IMG/VR virus record: IMGVR_UViG_3300008110_000034
Location: 64,001 to 128,000 of that record
Reading direction: 5' to 3' (one strand)
Length of the DNA stretch: 64,000 nt
Origin: a virus
The notes below the pieces were generated by a model. It worked only from the letters and a program-made list of their open reading frames with translations, was not told the origin of the DNA and ran no database searches. This document shows, piece after piece, positions 32,492 to 42,188 of the stretch (positions are counted from its first letter, which is position 1; every line of letters begins with the position of its first letter). Made by a program: the position numbers and the translations under genes.

Positions 32492-34064
32492 TCCCTTTTC
32501 TAAATGTATCAACAATGCTTAGTTTTTTCCACTGTGGTGCTGCTGATGATAGAGATGTTGATTGTCCTTCGTATCTACCGTCAACATCTCTATCAGTTTT
32601 TGTAGGTTTAACTTCAGTAGGATTTAAATTTTCGTGTTGAGGATATGGTTCATGCGTTGGCATTCTTCGCATAATCATGTTTCCTTTACTACCAGTATCA
32701 GTAGGCAACAGATGTGTTTTTAATTCTTTAGGAACTTGAGCTTCAACGGCGGCTGTTGCAGATGGTCCGTTCATATGAATTTTGCTTGCTGTTTCAATAT
32801 GTTGGCTTCCACTCTTAATATAAGTGTAAGCTCCGGCAGTAAATGCATTATTTTTTGTAGTTTTCCAATCAACATTGCCTTTTGTAGTGTGTTTAAAATT
32901 TTCATTAACTGTAGACTCAACGTTCTTTTTAACTAAAATTCGTTGATTCTCATCTACAATTAATACACTATCTTTATTGACATGTGTGTGCATTTCACCT
33001 GCAACCTTAGTATTAAAATTGCGTCCGGCCTGCATATTAATATCACGCTCTGCAAAGAAATTTAAATCCTGTGCAGTATGTACACTTATACTATCTTCAG
33101 CATAGATATCAATTTTTCCATCACTTGATAACTCAATCCAGCTGGTTCCTCTAGCATTACCAATGTAGATTAAATCTTCACTATTATGTAATAGTATTTG
33201 ATGCCCAGTTCGAGTGCGAATTCTAATCAATTCATTATGTGGAATTTTTTTGTCGCCGTCTGTTTCATCTGCTTCTACATTTGCATATTCAGGAGGGCCT
33301 TCACTAGCAGTTTTTTTTCTTAAAAACTTATCGTCGCCATCATCCATGACTAAAGTTGACCCGCCTAATCTACTGACAAATGCTCCTGCAATCTTATGTT
33401 CAAATTTTCCAACTTTGCCTCTTTTTCCGGACTTATCTACTGGTCCGGGGGTTGACACTCCAAATACTGCACTAGGAACTTCTCGGCGGGCACTAGATGT
33501 TGTAAGACCTCTAATATCATCTTCTAATAACCCTTGAGTTTCTAAAACATCTTGCAGATAAGTGTGTACTGGTTTTTTAATTTTAGTTGGATCTTGAACT
33601 GCTTCGTTTATATCTTTGTTATATTCTGCAACCGGCACTGTAGGTTTCTTGCCATCTTTACTATAGCTTGTTGATGCCATTCCTGGCACCATAAAATTCA
33701 TATATCTGTCTTGAACACAGCCTATCCAGAATCCTTTTTTAGGATCACCGTTGGCAAATATAACCATTACTGTAGTTCCTATGTCCGGTGGAATCATCCA
33801 CCAGCCATAACTTTTTTGAGTTTCATCGTAAGTATCGTTGTCAGAATCTTTTCCTAAAAAATCTGCACTAGTGACTCCATAAAAAGGACTTAGATATTTG
33901 ACTTGGAATACCTGTCCTTCCCTTGAATCACTGTTTCCCACAGGATGTAATAGTTCTACTTCTAATGTCCCCATGTACTCTGTATCGAGGTGGCTGACAA
34001 TTTTTGCCAGAAACGGTCCTGGATTTGGTAATGATTCTTGCGATGATCTAGTTAACTCTGGCAT
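32487..34064 (-). CDS. gp5: Baseplate central spike, gp5/VgrG-like (OB fold plus beta-helix)
   Basis: GPFLAKIV, WWMIPPDIGTTVMVIFANGDPKKGFWIGC, IRIRTRTGHQILLHNSEDLIYI, beta-helix repeats, IHMNGP. Confidence 0.8.
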   Translation of the reverse strand: MPELTRSSQESLPNPGPFLAKIVSHLDTEYMGTLEVELLHPVGNSDSREGQVFQVKYLSPFYGVTSADFLGKDSDNDTYDETQKSYGWWMIPPDIGTTVMVIFANGDPKKGFWIGCVQDRYMNFMVPGMASTSYSKDGKKPTVPVAEYNKDINEAVQDPTKIKKPVHTYLQDVLETQGLLEDDIRGLTTSSARREVPSAVFGVSTPGPVDKSGKRGKVGKFEHKIAGAFVSRLGGSTLVMDDGDDKFLRKKTASEGPPEYANVEADETDGDKKIPHNELIRIRTRTGHQILLHNSEDLIYIGNARGTSWIELSSDGKIDIYAEDSISVHTAQDLNFFAERDINMQAGRNFNTKVAGEMHTHVNKDSVLIVDENQRILVKKNVESTVNENFKHTTKGNVDWKTTKNNAFTAGAYTYIKSGSQHIETASKIHMNGPSATAAVEAQVPKELKTHLLPTDTGSKGNMIMRRMPTHEPYPQHENLNPTEVKPTKTDRDVDGRYEGQSTSLSSAAPQWKKLSIVDTFRKGS

Positions 34065-34067
34065 ATT

Positions 34068-36542
34068 TTAAATTGTAAATGGTTGTCTAACTGGCGGTGT
34101 TACAGGTACTACAGTTCCTTTATTATCTACTACATTTTTCTCACCAGTTTGGTTAGTTTTAGTAATAGCAGCAAGAACATTAGCTTGTGTCTGTTCCCAT
34201 GTGGGAGGATTATCCGAAGCAACTGCAAGAGAAGGTGTAGCAGGAGCTTCATCTTTAAGTTCTTGTATCATTCTTCGTGTCATACTTAATTGCTGTACAA
34301 ATTTACCCCTAGAAAAATTACTAACAATAGTTTGAACTTTATAAAGTCCGCTGTACTCTGCTACTAATTTATCCGGACCAAATTCGTAAAATCCGGTATT
34401 TTCATTCAAATCAACTGGTGTTCTAAAATTTAAAACTAAATCTACTTCGCCACTTTGATAATCTATAGTACCGTCTGCATTAATATTAATTAAGCTTGTT
34501 TCTGGTGCAGTATAATTACCCATTCCACTATCACCAAGATAGTACGGATCTCCGATAATTTCCATATCAACAGCAAGCATGTCTGCGCCTTCAGTTAAAA
34601 TATCATGGAACTGTCTGGCGATTCGTGTTTCTACAGTTTCAATTCCGCCACCGCCGGCGTTATCAGTACGAGTACTAATTGCATCGTATCTTCGTTGAGT
34701 GCCCATTGAGTTATCTGGTATCACTGTATTCCCAGTAGAATTTTGTGCTCTTTCTACTGTTTCGTCAACTGCGCCGCTTTCTTGTGTTTGTTTTTTAACA
34801 TCTTGATTAAGAATACCAGAATCAGCAGTATAACTTTGATAAAAGCCTGCGTTAAAGTGCATGTTAAAACTTAAAACATCTAGATTTTTACCGGTAAACA
34901 CATAGTTGTATTCTTTAATTGCTTGTTTTTTAAGTTTATCAATCCCTGGAGGAGGTGTATTAGGTGGCATAAATCTACTCGAGTGTACTAGATACGGCAC
35001 TATCCTATATACTATTATTTTAGGTTTCTCTCCAGTTTGTCCTAAGTTAGCATCAGTTGATTTATTGTAAACTTGTGTTTCAATTCTCCACCAAGGAATC
35101 ATTCCTTCATTAGTAATTTGATTATTACTAGTTGCTTGTCTAGCATAATCGCTTTGTAAAATAACTTGATTGATTACATTGGTTATATTGCTACCCTGTT
35201 TAAATCTAAAATCAGAAGTGTTTACTGGACTTACAACTCCTGCTCGATTATAATATCCGCTTGATTCATTGTATGCAGCATTATCTTTGGCAAATTCTTT
35301 ATCAGCTGCTCGAGAACTATCAAATGCCATCTGAGCTGATCCAATTTTGTTTACTGAGGATTGAGTGTAATATGCAGAATCCCCTCCCTTGCTAATTCCT
35401 AATTTGTTTTCAATAGTAGTTGCAGCACCTACTTGATTAGGATTCGTTGTAGCAGAGGTTGTTGATGTTGTTGATACGTTGCCTGTTGTTTTTAAATCTG
35501 TAGGAAATAAAATTACAACTTCATCAGGAACAGAAACCTGAGCTTGTGTGTCTTTATTTGCAGTTTCTCTAATTCTATCATTTATTTGTTTTTGAAGACT
35601 CTTTGGTCCTGATTGCAACATTTCTTGTACTGTTGCTCCAGCAATGTTAACTTCTGTCAGTAGCATTGAGTAAGAATCTGCGAACCCTTGTTCGTTCCAT
35701 GGGTATGCTTCAACTGCATATGTTGCACCTTTAGCATCAACTGCCATCTCAACTTCTCTTAATTTTAAAGGAATATATCGAGTAGTTCCTGGTATATTAA
35801 CTGATGTATTATCGCTGTCTACATGCCCTGCAAATTCAATTTTAAGTAAAAAAGGTGCTGTAAGATAATTTTGATGTCCGGCATTTTTAGCTGCAATTTG
35901 GATAGCCTGCATAAACAATCCCATGCTATAAGTTTCTGTAATTTGAAAACTTAATCCAGTAGCATTTGTATTTCCTGTAGTTTTATCAAACCCCATTGCG
36001 CCTTCGATACGCAAATTATCCATAAAGAAATCAAATTTTCCCGAAGGGTTATTCTGTGTTGTTATAGCTGTAGGGATTCTGTTATCCGGAAGTCCGCTAC
36101 CGCTTCTAAGGACGATAGTGTTTGGACGAAATATTCCTTTTCGATATGTTTCATCAGGAAAATTAATTTCTTCATCAGTCAATACCGACAGGGTAAAAAT
36201 GTAGTTTACTGTAGAGTAAACACCTAAAATGTTAGGAAACGGTGGCGTTTCATTTATAGGGACTATAGTTTTTTCTGCTGCGCTGTATTCTGATAACTTT
36301 CCAACATCTGCTAACTCTGAAATTTTAACATTAGGTAAGGAAGGAATCCCTGGTAAATTATTAGCTGCTATCTGCTTTAATGCATTGCCGCCGGCTGATA
36401 CTAGATCTTTAACATTTCCAGAAACTGACAGATTCTTTGCTAGTCCTGTATTGCCTACTGTAGTATTACTGCCAGTTGATGCTGTAGTTGCACCTGGGTA
36501 ATTAGGGCTTGTATAGCCTGGAGGGAAAAAACCTGGTGGCAT
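34068..36542 (-). CDS. Baseplate hub protein (gp27-like)
   Basis: Lies between gp53-like and gp5-like genes; DMEIIGDPYYL, FSGLYKV-type C-terminus (YSGLYKVQTIVSNFSRGKFVQQL). Confidence 0.65.
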   Translation of the reverse strand: MPPGFFPPGYTSPNYPGATTASTGSNTTVGNTGLAKNLSVSGNVKDLVSAGGNALKQIAANNLPGIPSLPNVKISELADVGKLSEYSAAEKTIVPINETPPFPNILGVYSTVNYIFTLSVLTDEEINFPDETYRKGIFRPNTIVLRSGSGLPDNRIPTAITTQNNPSGKFDFFMDNLRIEGAMGFDKTTGNTNATGLSFQITETYSMGLFMQAIQIAAKNAGHQNYLTAPFLLKIEFAGHVDSDNTSVNIPGTTRYIPLKLREVEMAVDAKGATYAVEAYPWNEQGFADSYSMLLTEVNIAGATVQEMLQSGPKSLQKQINDRIRETANKDTQAQVSVPDEVVILFPTDLKTTGNVSTTSTTSATTNPNQVGAATTIENKLGISKGGDSAYYTQSSVNKIGSAQMAFDSSRAADKEFAKDNAAYNESSGYYNRAGVVSPVNTSDFRFKQGSNITNVINQVILQSDYARQATSNNQITNEGMIPWWRIETQVYNKSTDANLGQTGEKPKIIVYRIVPYLVHSSRFMPPNTPPPGIDKLKKQAIKEYNYVFTGKNLDVLSFNMHFNAGFYQSYTADSGILNQDVKKQTQESGAVDETVERAQNSTGNTVIPDNSMGTQRRYDAISTRTDNAGGGGIETVETRIARQFHDILTEGADMLAVDMEIIGDPYYLGDSGMGNYTAPETSLININADGTIDYQSGEVDLVLNFRTPVDLNENTGFYEFGPDKLVAEYSGLYKVQTIVSNFSRGKFVQQLSMTRRMIQELKDEAPATPSLAVASDNPPTWEQTQANVLAAITKTNQTGEKNVVDNKGTVVPVTPPVRQPFTI

Positions 36543-36543
36543 A

Positions 36544-36843
36544 TTATACTCCTAACACTGCTTTTAAACTTGACCCTTTAGGTATATAAATTTGTTTTCC
36601 TGGAGTAAAATCAAATATAGGGTCTTGTAAAATATCTAAATTTCTTTGTATAAAGACCCACCACAATCTTGGAGTGCCGTATAGGTCATAAGCTAATAAA
36701 TCTGGTCGGTGTGTATATTGACTTTCAATGGTATAAAGAAAGTCATCGGGTTCGGCACTTACTGGACGTATTGCTAGTAAATCTAAATAACCATTAGTAA
36801 ACGATGTAGTAAACCAAGGACTGGTAGTAGAATATTTGGCCAT
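36544..36843 (-). CDS. gp53: Baseplate wedge protein gp53-like (LysM-type)
   Basis: YTHRPDLLAYDLYGTPRLWWVF...DPIFDF. Confidence 0.8.
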   Translation of the reverse strand: MAKYSTTSPWFTTSFTNGYLDLLAIRPVSAEPDDFLYTIESQYTHRPDLLAYDLYGTPRLWWVFIQRNLDILQDPIFDFTPGKQIYIPKGSSLKAVLGV

Positions 36844-37793
36844 TATACGAATCCTACAGGGTTATTAACATATTCACCGTTAACAAATTTTTGTAAACTA
36901 AATTGTCTAACAGTTTCTCTACTGTAAACAGGTTGTAGAGTTATTGTTATCTCACTCTTAGTAGGAACATGTGTTGTTCCCATCGGAGGACCTTGATTAG
37001 TTAAAGAAGAACTAGAAGGAAGAGGTGGTGCTCCAAAGGCTCCGCCAACTATATTATTTTGTAGTCCAGGAATTGACAACGAAGGTCTTGAGCTTGTTTG
37101 GGAGCCCGGGGCTCCTACTTTTGTAGTAATGTAGTTAACATCGGCAGGTAATCCTATTTGAAAACTTTTTACCACCACAGGAATATTCTTAAATACGTAA
37201 TCTCCATAGCCATTAAGCTTTAAAATTACAGGAGGATTACCAGCATTTTCACTCTGTCCTGAAAACATTTTTGTAGCACTCCGTAAAAAATGTACCACAG
37301 CAAGCCAATACGCTGCCTGTACGCCATCTTCGGAATAGAATGTACCTTGAATAGATATCTGATCAACCTTTGAATTTTCATATGCAAAAAATCCAAAGTT
37401 TTGATGCACTGGAGATTGATCGCCGTAACTGGCAGCACCGGACATTGTTATACTAGGAGTATAAGGAAAAATTAGCCCGCCAGCATCAATTAACGGTTTC
37501 AGTACCGGACTTTTATCAAAAAATGTACCTGGCGGTAGGCTAAGACGAACACGCCAGTCTTGTCCATCACTAAAGCTAGCACTTGCTCCGCCAAACGATC
37601 CTAGGATATTTCCACCTGGTGGTAATCCTATACTTCGAAGACTTGATAGTAGCTTTTGTGGATCGGATATGTTGTTAAGTGCTGCGCCTAAGTTAGCAGC
37701 TAGTCCGAGTCCAGCAGAAATACCGGACCCAATAGTTCTTGCAGTTGTACCGGCAGTTCTTGCAATTGATGCCGGATCAAAATTTGTTGGCAT
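36843..37793 (-). CDS. Baseplate tail-tube initiator/cap (gp48/gp54-like); likely start MPTNFD at 37793
   Basis: GLIFPYTPSI, YWLAVVHFLRSATKMF, GNPPVILKLNGYGDYVFKNIPVVVKSF; RBS AGGAGA upstream of 37793. Confidence 0.65.
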   Translation of the reverse strand: MPTNFDPASIARTAGTTARTIGSGISAGLGLAANLGAALNNISDPQKLLSSLRSIGLPPGGNILGSFGGASASFSDGQDWRVRLSLPPGTFFDKSPVLKPLIDAGGLIFPYTPSITMSGAASYGDQSPVHQNFGFFAYENSKVDQISIQGTFYSEDGVQAAYWLAVVHFLRSATKMFSGQSENAGNPPVILKLNGYGDYVFKNIPVVVKSFQIGLPADVNYITTKVGAPGSQTSSRPSLSIPGLQNNIVGGAFGAPPLPSSSSLTNQGPPMGTTHVPTKSEITITLQPVYSRETVRQFSLQKFVNGEYVNNPVGFV

Positions 37794-37813
37794 TCGACGT
37801 TCTCCTTGTCCAT

Positions 37814-37821
37814 TATTTATT
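37814..37821 (-). promoter_or_regulatory. T4-like late promoter (AATAAATA) for the baseplate operon
   Basis: TATTTATT on the + strand, ~21 nt upstream of the ATG at 37793. Confidence 0.65.
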
Positions 37822-37848
37822 GACAAAATTAAGTGCATAGTTTATAAT
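37820..37848 (+). promoter_or_regulatory. Consensus sigma70 promoter for gp55-gp47-gp46
   Basis: TTGACA (37820-37825), 17-bp spacer, TATAAT (37843-37848). Confidence 0.85.
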
Positions 37849-37868
37849 TTTACAACAAAGGATTCATA

Positions 37869-38696
37869 ATGACCGTAAAAATCAATTATCTTAACAATAA
37901 AGACTTATTAGACGAAATACACAAATCAAAAAATACATATTCCAGCTATTCTAAACCAGAATATCACAGATATGATATAATTTTACCGCATGTTGACAAA
38001 ATTAATATTCGAACAATCGCAGAAGCTAAACGTAACCAAGCGAAAAGACTTGGTCAAATAGAATATGAACGACGTAAAGCTGCCAAGGAAAAAGTAAAAC
38101 AAGCCGACTGCGAAGTTGATTACAAAAAAATTCTGAAAACTGATTTGGTTTTTAGAATCATGACTTACGATCATATTCCATTAAACGCCACTAGAAAAAA
38201 GAATCCTAAAACAACTGCTGATGGCAGGGACAAAGTAAACTTTCCTCCATTCCAACACTGGAAATTTGACGAAAACGACATACTAGTGTGTGTAGGAAAA
38301 AGCCACTGGAAGGGCGATCTAGAAAAAGGAAAGTTCAGTAAGGATCATGGACAAATAACAAATACCCTAGCCCGAATGTATATTAAACTTTGCGAACGTT
38401 ACGCCACACGAGGTAATGTTAGAGGTTATACATACAACGATGAAATGCGCGGACAGGCTATTTTACAACTAACACAGATAGGACTACAATTCGATGAGTC
38501 AAAGTCAGATAATCCTTTTGCTTATTTCACTGCTGCTGTTACTAATAGCTTCGTTCGAATAATCAATATTGAAAAAAGAAATCAAAGTATTAGAGACGAC
38601 ATACTGGAAATAAACGGAATGAATCCTAGTTATACTAGAACGGGGCAGGCAGAGTATGCTGCTGCTTCAAAGCGAAACGAGGGGTACGATGACTAA
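37869..38696 (+). CDS. gp55: Late-transcription sigma factor, T4 gp55-like
   Basis: NYLNNKDLL, YTYNDEMRGQAILQLTQIGLQFDESKSDNPFAYFTAAVTNSFVRIINIEK; directly upstream of gp47/gp46 as in T4. Confidence 0.9.
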   Translation: MTVKINYLNNKDLLDEIHKSKNTYSSYSKPEYHRYDIILPHVDKINIRTIAEAKRNQAKRLGQIEYERRKAAKEKVKQADCEVDYKKILKTDLVFRIMTYDHIPLNATRKKNPKTTADGRDKVNFPPFQHWKFDENDILVCVGKSHWKGDLEKGKFSKDHGQITNTLARMYIKLCERYATRGNVRGYTYNDEMRGQAILQLTQIGLQFDESKSDNPFAYFTAAVTNSFVRIINIEKRNQSIRDDILEINGMNPSYTRTGQAEYAAASKRNEGYDD

Positions 38697-39702
38697 CCTG
38701 TTTAAGAAAGCAGCGTGTTTCACTGACATACATTTTGGGTTAAAATCAAATAGCAGCATACACAATCAAGACTGCGAAGATTTTGTAGACTGGTATATTA
38801 CTAAAGCAAAGGAGGAAGGCTGTGATACTGGAATTTTTCTCGGCGATTGGCATCATAATCGCAACAGTCTTAATATCACTACGATGGATTATAGCCTTAG
38901 AGCCCTTGAAAAACTGGGCCAAGCTTTTGATCAATTTTATTTTTTTCCTGGTAATCACGATCTTTATTACAAAGATAAACGGGATATACATAGTGTAGAA
39001 TTTGGAAAGTACATTCCTGGTATTACAGTTGTACACAAACCAGTAACCATAGGTGATGTAACAATGTGTCCGTGGTTAGTAGGCGATGAATGGAAAACTA
39101 TTGGCAAGTCAGGGGGCAAATACATCTTTGGCCACTTTGAATTGCCGACGTTTTTTATGAATGCCATGGTGCAGATGCCGGACCACGGAGACATTAAATT
39201 AAGCGATTTTCAAAACTATGAATTAGGATTCAGCGGACATTTTCATAAACGTCAGCAACAAAAGAATATGATTTATATTGGCAATGCATTCCCGCACAAT
39301 TACGCAGATAACTGGGACGACGATCGTGGAATGATGGTACTTGAATGGGGTAAGCAACCTGAATACCATACATGGCCAGGGCAACCTACATTTAGAACTA
39401 CTAAGCTTAGTGACTTGATTGATCGTGCAGAAGATATTATACTACCTAAAGCACATCTTCGTGTTAGCTTAGACATTGACATCAGCTACGAAGAAGCTAG
39501 TTTTATTAAAGAAAAATTTATGGGCGATTATGACATTAGAGAACTTACTCTAATTCCCGAAAAGAAAGAAATTGAAATCAATACCAATATTGATATTCGA
39601 GCATTTGAATCAGTAGATCAAATAGTGTCCAGTCAACTAGTAAACATAGAAAGCGAGACATATGATTCAAAAGTTTTACTATCAATCTACAATAATCTAT
39701 GA
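38689..39702 (+). CDS. gp47: Recombination endonuclease subunit, Mre11/SbcD-like (likely start MTNLFK at 38689)
   Basis: Metallophosphoesterase motifs DIHFG, GDWHH, GNHD, GHF, GHFH; RBS GAGGGG at 38679-38684. Confidence 0.92.
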   Translation: MTNLFKKAACFTDIHFGLKSNSSIHNQDCEDFVDWYITKAKEEGCDTGIFLGDWHHNRNSLNITTMDYSLRALEKLGQAFDQFYFFPGNHDLYYKDKRDIHSVEFGKYIPGITVVHKPVTIGDVTMCPWLVGDEWKTIGKSGGKYIFGHFELPTFFMNAMVQMPDHGDIKLSDFQNYELGFSGHFHKRQQQKNMIYIGNAFPHNYADNWDDDRGMMVLEWGKQPEYHTWPGQPTFRTTKLSDLIDRAEDIILPKAHLRVSLDIDISYEEASFIKEKFMGDYDIRELTLIPEKKEIEINTNIDIRAFESVDQIVSSQLVNIESETYDSKVLLSIYNNL

Positions 39703-41480
39703 TTAAAATAAAAAATCTAACTGTTAAAAATTTTATGAGTGTGGGTAATCAAACCCAAGCTGTAGATTTTGAACGAGAGCAATTAACACTTGTACTAGGC
39801 GAAAATCTAGACATGGGCGGCGACGATGGTGGCAGTCGCAACGGAACTGGTAAAACTACTATTGTCAACGCCTTAAGCTATGCATTATTTGGTCAAGCAT
39901 TGACAAATATTAAAAAAGACAATCTAATTAATAAAATTAACAATAAGAATATGTTAGTTACCCTGTCTTTTGAAAAAGATGGAATAGATTATAGGATTGA
40001 ACGAGGACGTAAACCTAATATCTTAAAGTTTTATATCAACGATGTAGAACAAGAAGGCGATGAAACCGACGACGCTCAAGGAGATATGCGCGAAACGCAA
40101 AAAGATTTAGACGATCTTTTAGGTATGAGTCACGATATGTTTAAACATATTGTAGCTCTTAATACCTACACTGAGCCGTTTTTAAGTATGCGAGCTAATG
40201 ATCAGAGATCAATTATTGAGCAACTATTAGGTATAACTCTTCTAAGTGAAAAAGCAGAGTCGCTAAAAGAGCAGATACGAGAAACTAAAGAACAAGTGCA
40301 GCAAGAAAACGCAAACATTGAAGCTGCAAAAAAGTCAAACGAAAAAATTGAACAAAGCATTGCTGGGTTAGAGACTAGAAAGTCAGCTTGGCATAATCAA
40401 AGAGAGATTGATTGTCTTAAACTAGCTGAAAAAATTGTTGAACTACAGTCAGTTGATATAGAAAAAGAACTAGAGCAACATGCAAAATTAAAAAGTTATG
40501 ACGAACTGGCAGCAAAAATAAAAAGTTTAAACAAAGAAAAGGCTACGCTAGAAACTGCAATTATACAGGCAGATAAGACTGTTAAAAAATATGAAAAAGA
40601 AGTAGAAAAACTTAAAGATCATAAATGTCCATCATGCGAACAAATGCTGCAAGATCACAAGCATGACGAAATGAAAATTTTAGCAGAAAAAAATCTAGAA
40701 GATGCGTGTACTTACTTAGAAAGTGTATCTAACAATTATGCACAGACTGTAAAAGAACTTGAAGAGATAGGTGATATTAACGGCAGACCTTCAACTTTTT
40801 ACGATACTATTGAAGAAGCACTTAAACATCAAAACAATCTTGAAAGTTTAATAGAATCTTTAGGTAAAAGACAACAGGAGACTGATCCCTATACTGAACA
40901 AATTGAAGATTTAAAAAATACTGCCTTACAAGAAATTACTTGGGATCAAATAAACGTCTTGAATAATCTTAAAGAGCACCAAGAGTTTCTGTTAAAATTA
41001 CTGACTAACAAAGATTCTTTTATTCGTAAAAAAATTATAGATCAGAATTTAGCTTATCTAAACAACAGGTTGTCGTTCTACTTAGACAAAATGGGCTTAC
41101 CGCATCAAGTAACATTCTTAAATGACTTAAATGTAGAAATTACACAACTAGGTCAAGATTTAGATTTTGATAATTTAAGTAGAGGCGAACGAAATAGACT
41201 TATACTAGGCCTAAGTTGGAGCTTCCGAGATGTATGGGAAAGCTTATATCAGAATATTAATCTGTTATTTGTTGATGAACTTATTGACAACGGTCTAGAT
41301 GCAATAGGTGTTGAAAATGCTCTTGGCGTCTTAAAGAAGATGGCTAGGGAACGTAATAAAAACATCTATCTAATCAGTCATAAGGATGAGTTAGTAGGGC
41401 GTGTAAACAATGTTTTAAAAGTTATTAAAGAAAACGGGTTCACATCTTATTCTTCAGATTTAGAGATTTTAAATGACTAG
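39699..41480 (+). CDS. gp46: Recombination endonuclease ATPase subunit, Rad50/SbcC-like
   Basis: Walker A NGTGKT, coiled coil with CPSC zinc hook, signature LSRGE, Walker B LLFVDE, ISH. Confidence 0.93.
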   Translation: MIKIKNLTVKNFMSVGNQTQAVDFEREQLTLVLGENLDMGGDDGGSRNGTGKTTIVNALSYALFGQALTNIKKDNLINKINNKNMLVTLSFEKDGIDYRIERGRKPNILKFYINDVEQEGDETDDAQGDMRETQKDLDDLLGMSHDMFKHIVALNTYTEPFLSMRANDQRSIIEQLLGITLLSEKAESLKEQIRETKEQVQQENANIEAAKKSNEKIEQSIAGLETRKSAWHNQREIDCLKLAEKIVELQSVDIEKELEQHAKLKSYDELAAKIKSLNKEKATLETAIIQADKTVKKYEKEVEKLKDHKCPSCEQMLQDHKHDEMKILAEKNLEDACTYLESVSNNYAQTVKELEEIGDINGRPSTFYDTIEEALKHQNNLESLIESLGKRQQETDPYTEQIEDLKNTALQEITWDQINVLNNLKEHQEFLLKLLTNKDSFIRKKIIDQNLAYLNNRLSFYLDKMGLPHQVTFLNDLNVEITQLGQDLDFDNLSRGERNRLILGLSWSFRDVWESLYQNINLLFVDELIDNGLDAIGVENALGVLKKMARERNKNIYLISHKDELVGRVNNVLKVIKENGFTSYSSDLEILND

Positions 41481-41718
41481 TGATATTCACGAACAAATAA
41501 TTAGAACCTTTATAAAATATTTTGAGGCGAATCAGCGTTGGGAAACTAAACAGACGCATACTTCAGGCATTGAAGCTAGGGCACTGCTATCTGAAATTAG
41601 AAGATTAGCTACAATTAGACGAGTAGAAATAGGCGAAGTAAGAAAAAACAAACCAAAAATTAAATCACCAAAATACAAACAATCACTTTTACAGGACAAA
41701 CAAGACGACGAGGCATAA
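41473..41718 (+). CDS. Small basic protein, Hc1 (histone H1-like) family-like
   Basis: Helical hairpin pattern F..N..W.....SGIEARALLSEIRRLATIRRVEI with a Lys-rich tail. Confidence 0.5.
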   Translation: MTSDIHEQIIRTFIKYFEANQRWETKQTHTSGIEARALLSEIRRLATIRRVEIGEVRKNKPKIKSPKYKQSLLQDKQDDEA

Positions 41719-41726
41719 ACAAGTTG

Positions 41727-42188
41727 ATGTCATGGTATTATCAAAATCAACTTGTTACAGAATTGCCTGAAGACTGTGTGGGATTCGTGTATCTTATCAC
41801 TAATACAGCTACAGGCAGAAAATATATAGGCAAAAAACTGGCAAAATTCAGTAAAACTAGCTATAAAACAGTAACACTTAAAAACGGTACTAAAAAAAAG
41901 AAACGCATTAAGTCAAAAATAGACTCCGATTGGCAAAAATACTATGGCTCAAACGACAGGCTCAATCAAGATGTTACAACATTAGGTCCTGATCGCTTTC
42001 TCAGAGAAATTCTCTTTTACTGTAAAAGCAAGTCAGAATGTAGTTATATTGAAGCAAGAGAACAATTTGATCGTAGAGTTCTCGAAACTGACGACTACTA
42101 TAATGGCATAATCAATGTACGTGTAGGCAGTTCACCATCGCTTAGACAGGCTCTTCTAGAACACAATTTAAAATCATCTAACACTTAA
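41727..42188 (+). CDS. GIY-YIG nuclease (single domain)
   Basis: GFVYLITNTATGRKYIGKK (GIY/YIG variant), YYGS, conserved Glu in YIEAREQ, YYNG. Confidence 0.85.
   Translation: MSWYYQNQLVTELPEDCVGFVYLITNTATGRKYIGKKLAKFSKTSYKTVTLKNGTKKKKRIKSKIDSDWQKYYGSNDRLNQDVTTLGPDRFLREILFYCKSKSECSYIEAREQFDRRVLETDDYYNGIINVRVGSSPSLRQALLEHNLKSSNT

Noticed and set aside
41727-42188. Mobile homing endonuclease insertion (seg-like)
   Set aside because: Not excluded, but the protein lacks the long DNA-binding tail typical of mobile seg/I-TevI enzymes, and no interrupted gene or insertion scar is evident, so it was not called a mobile element.
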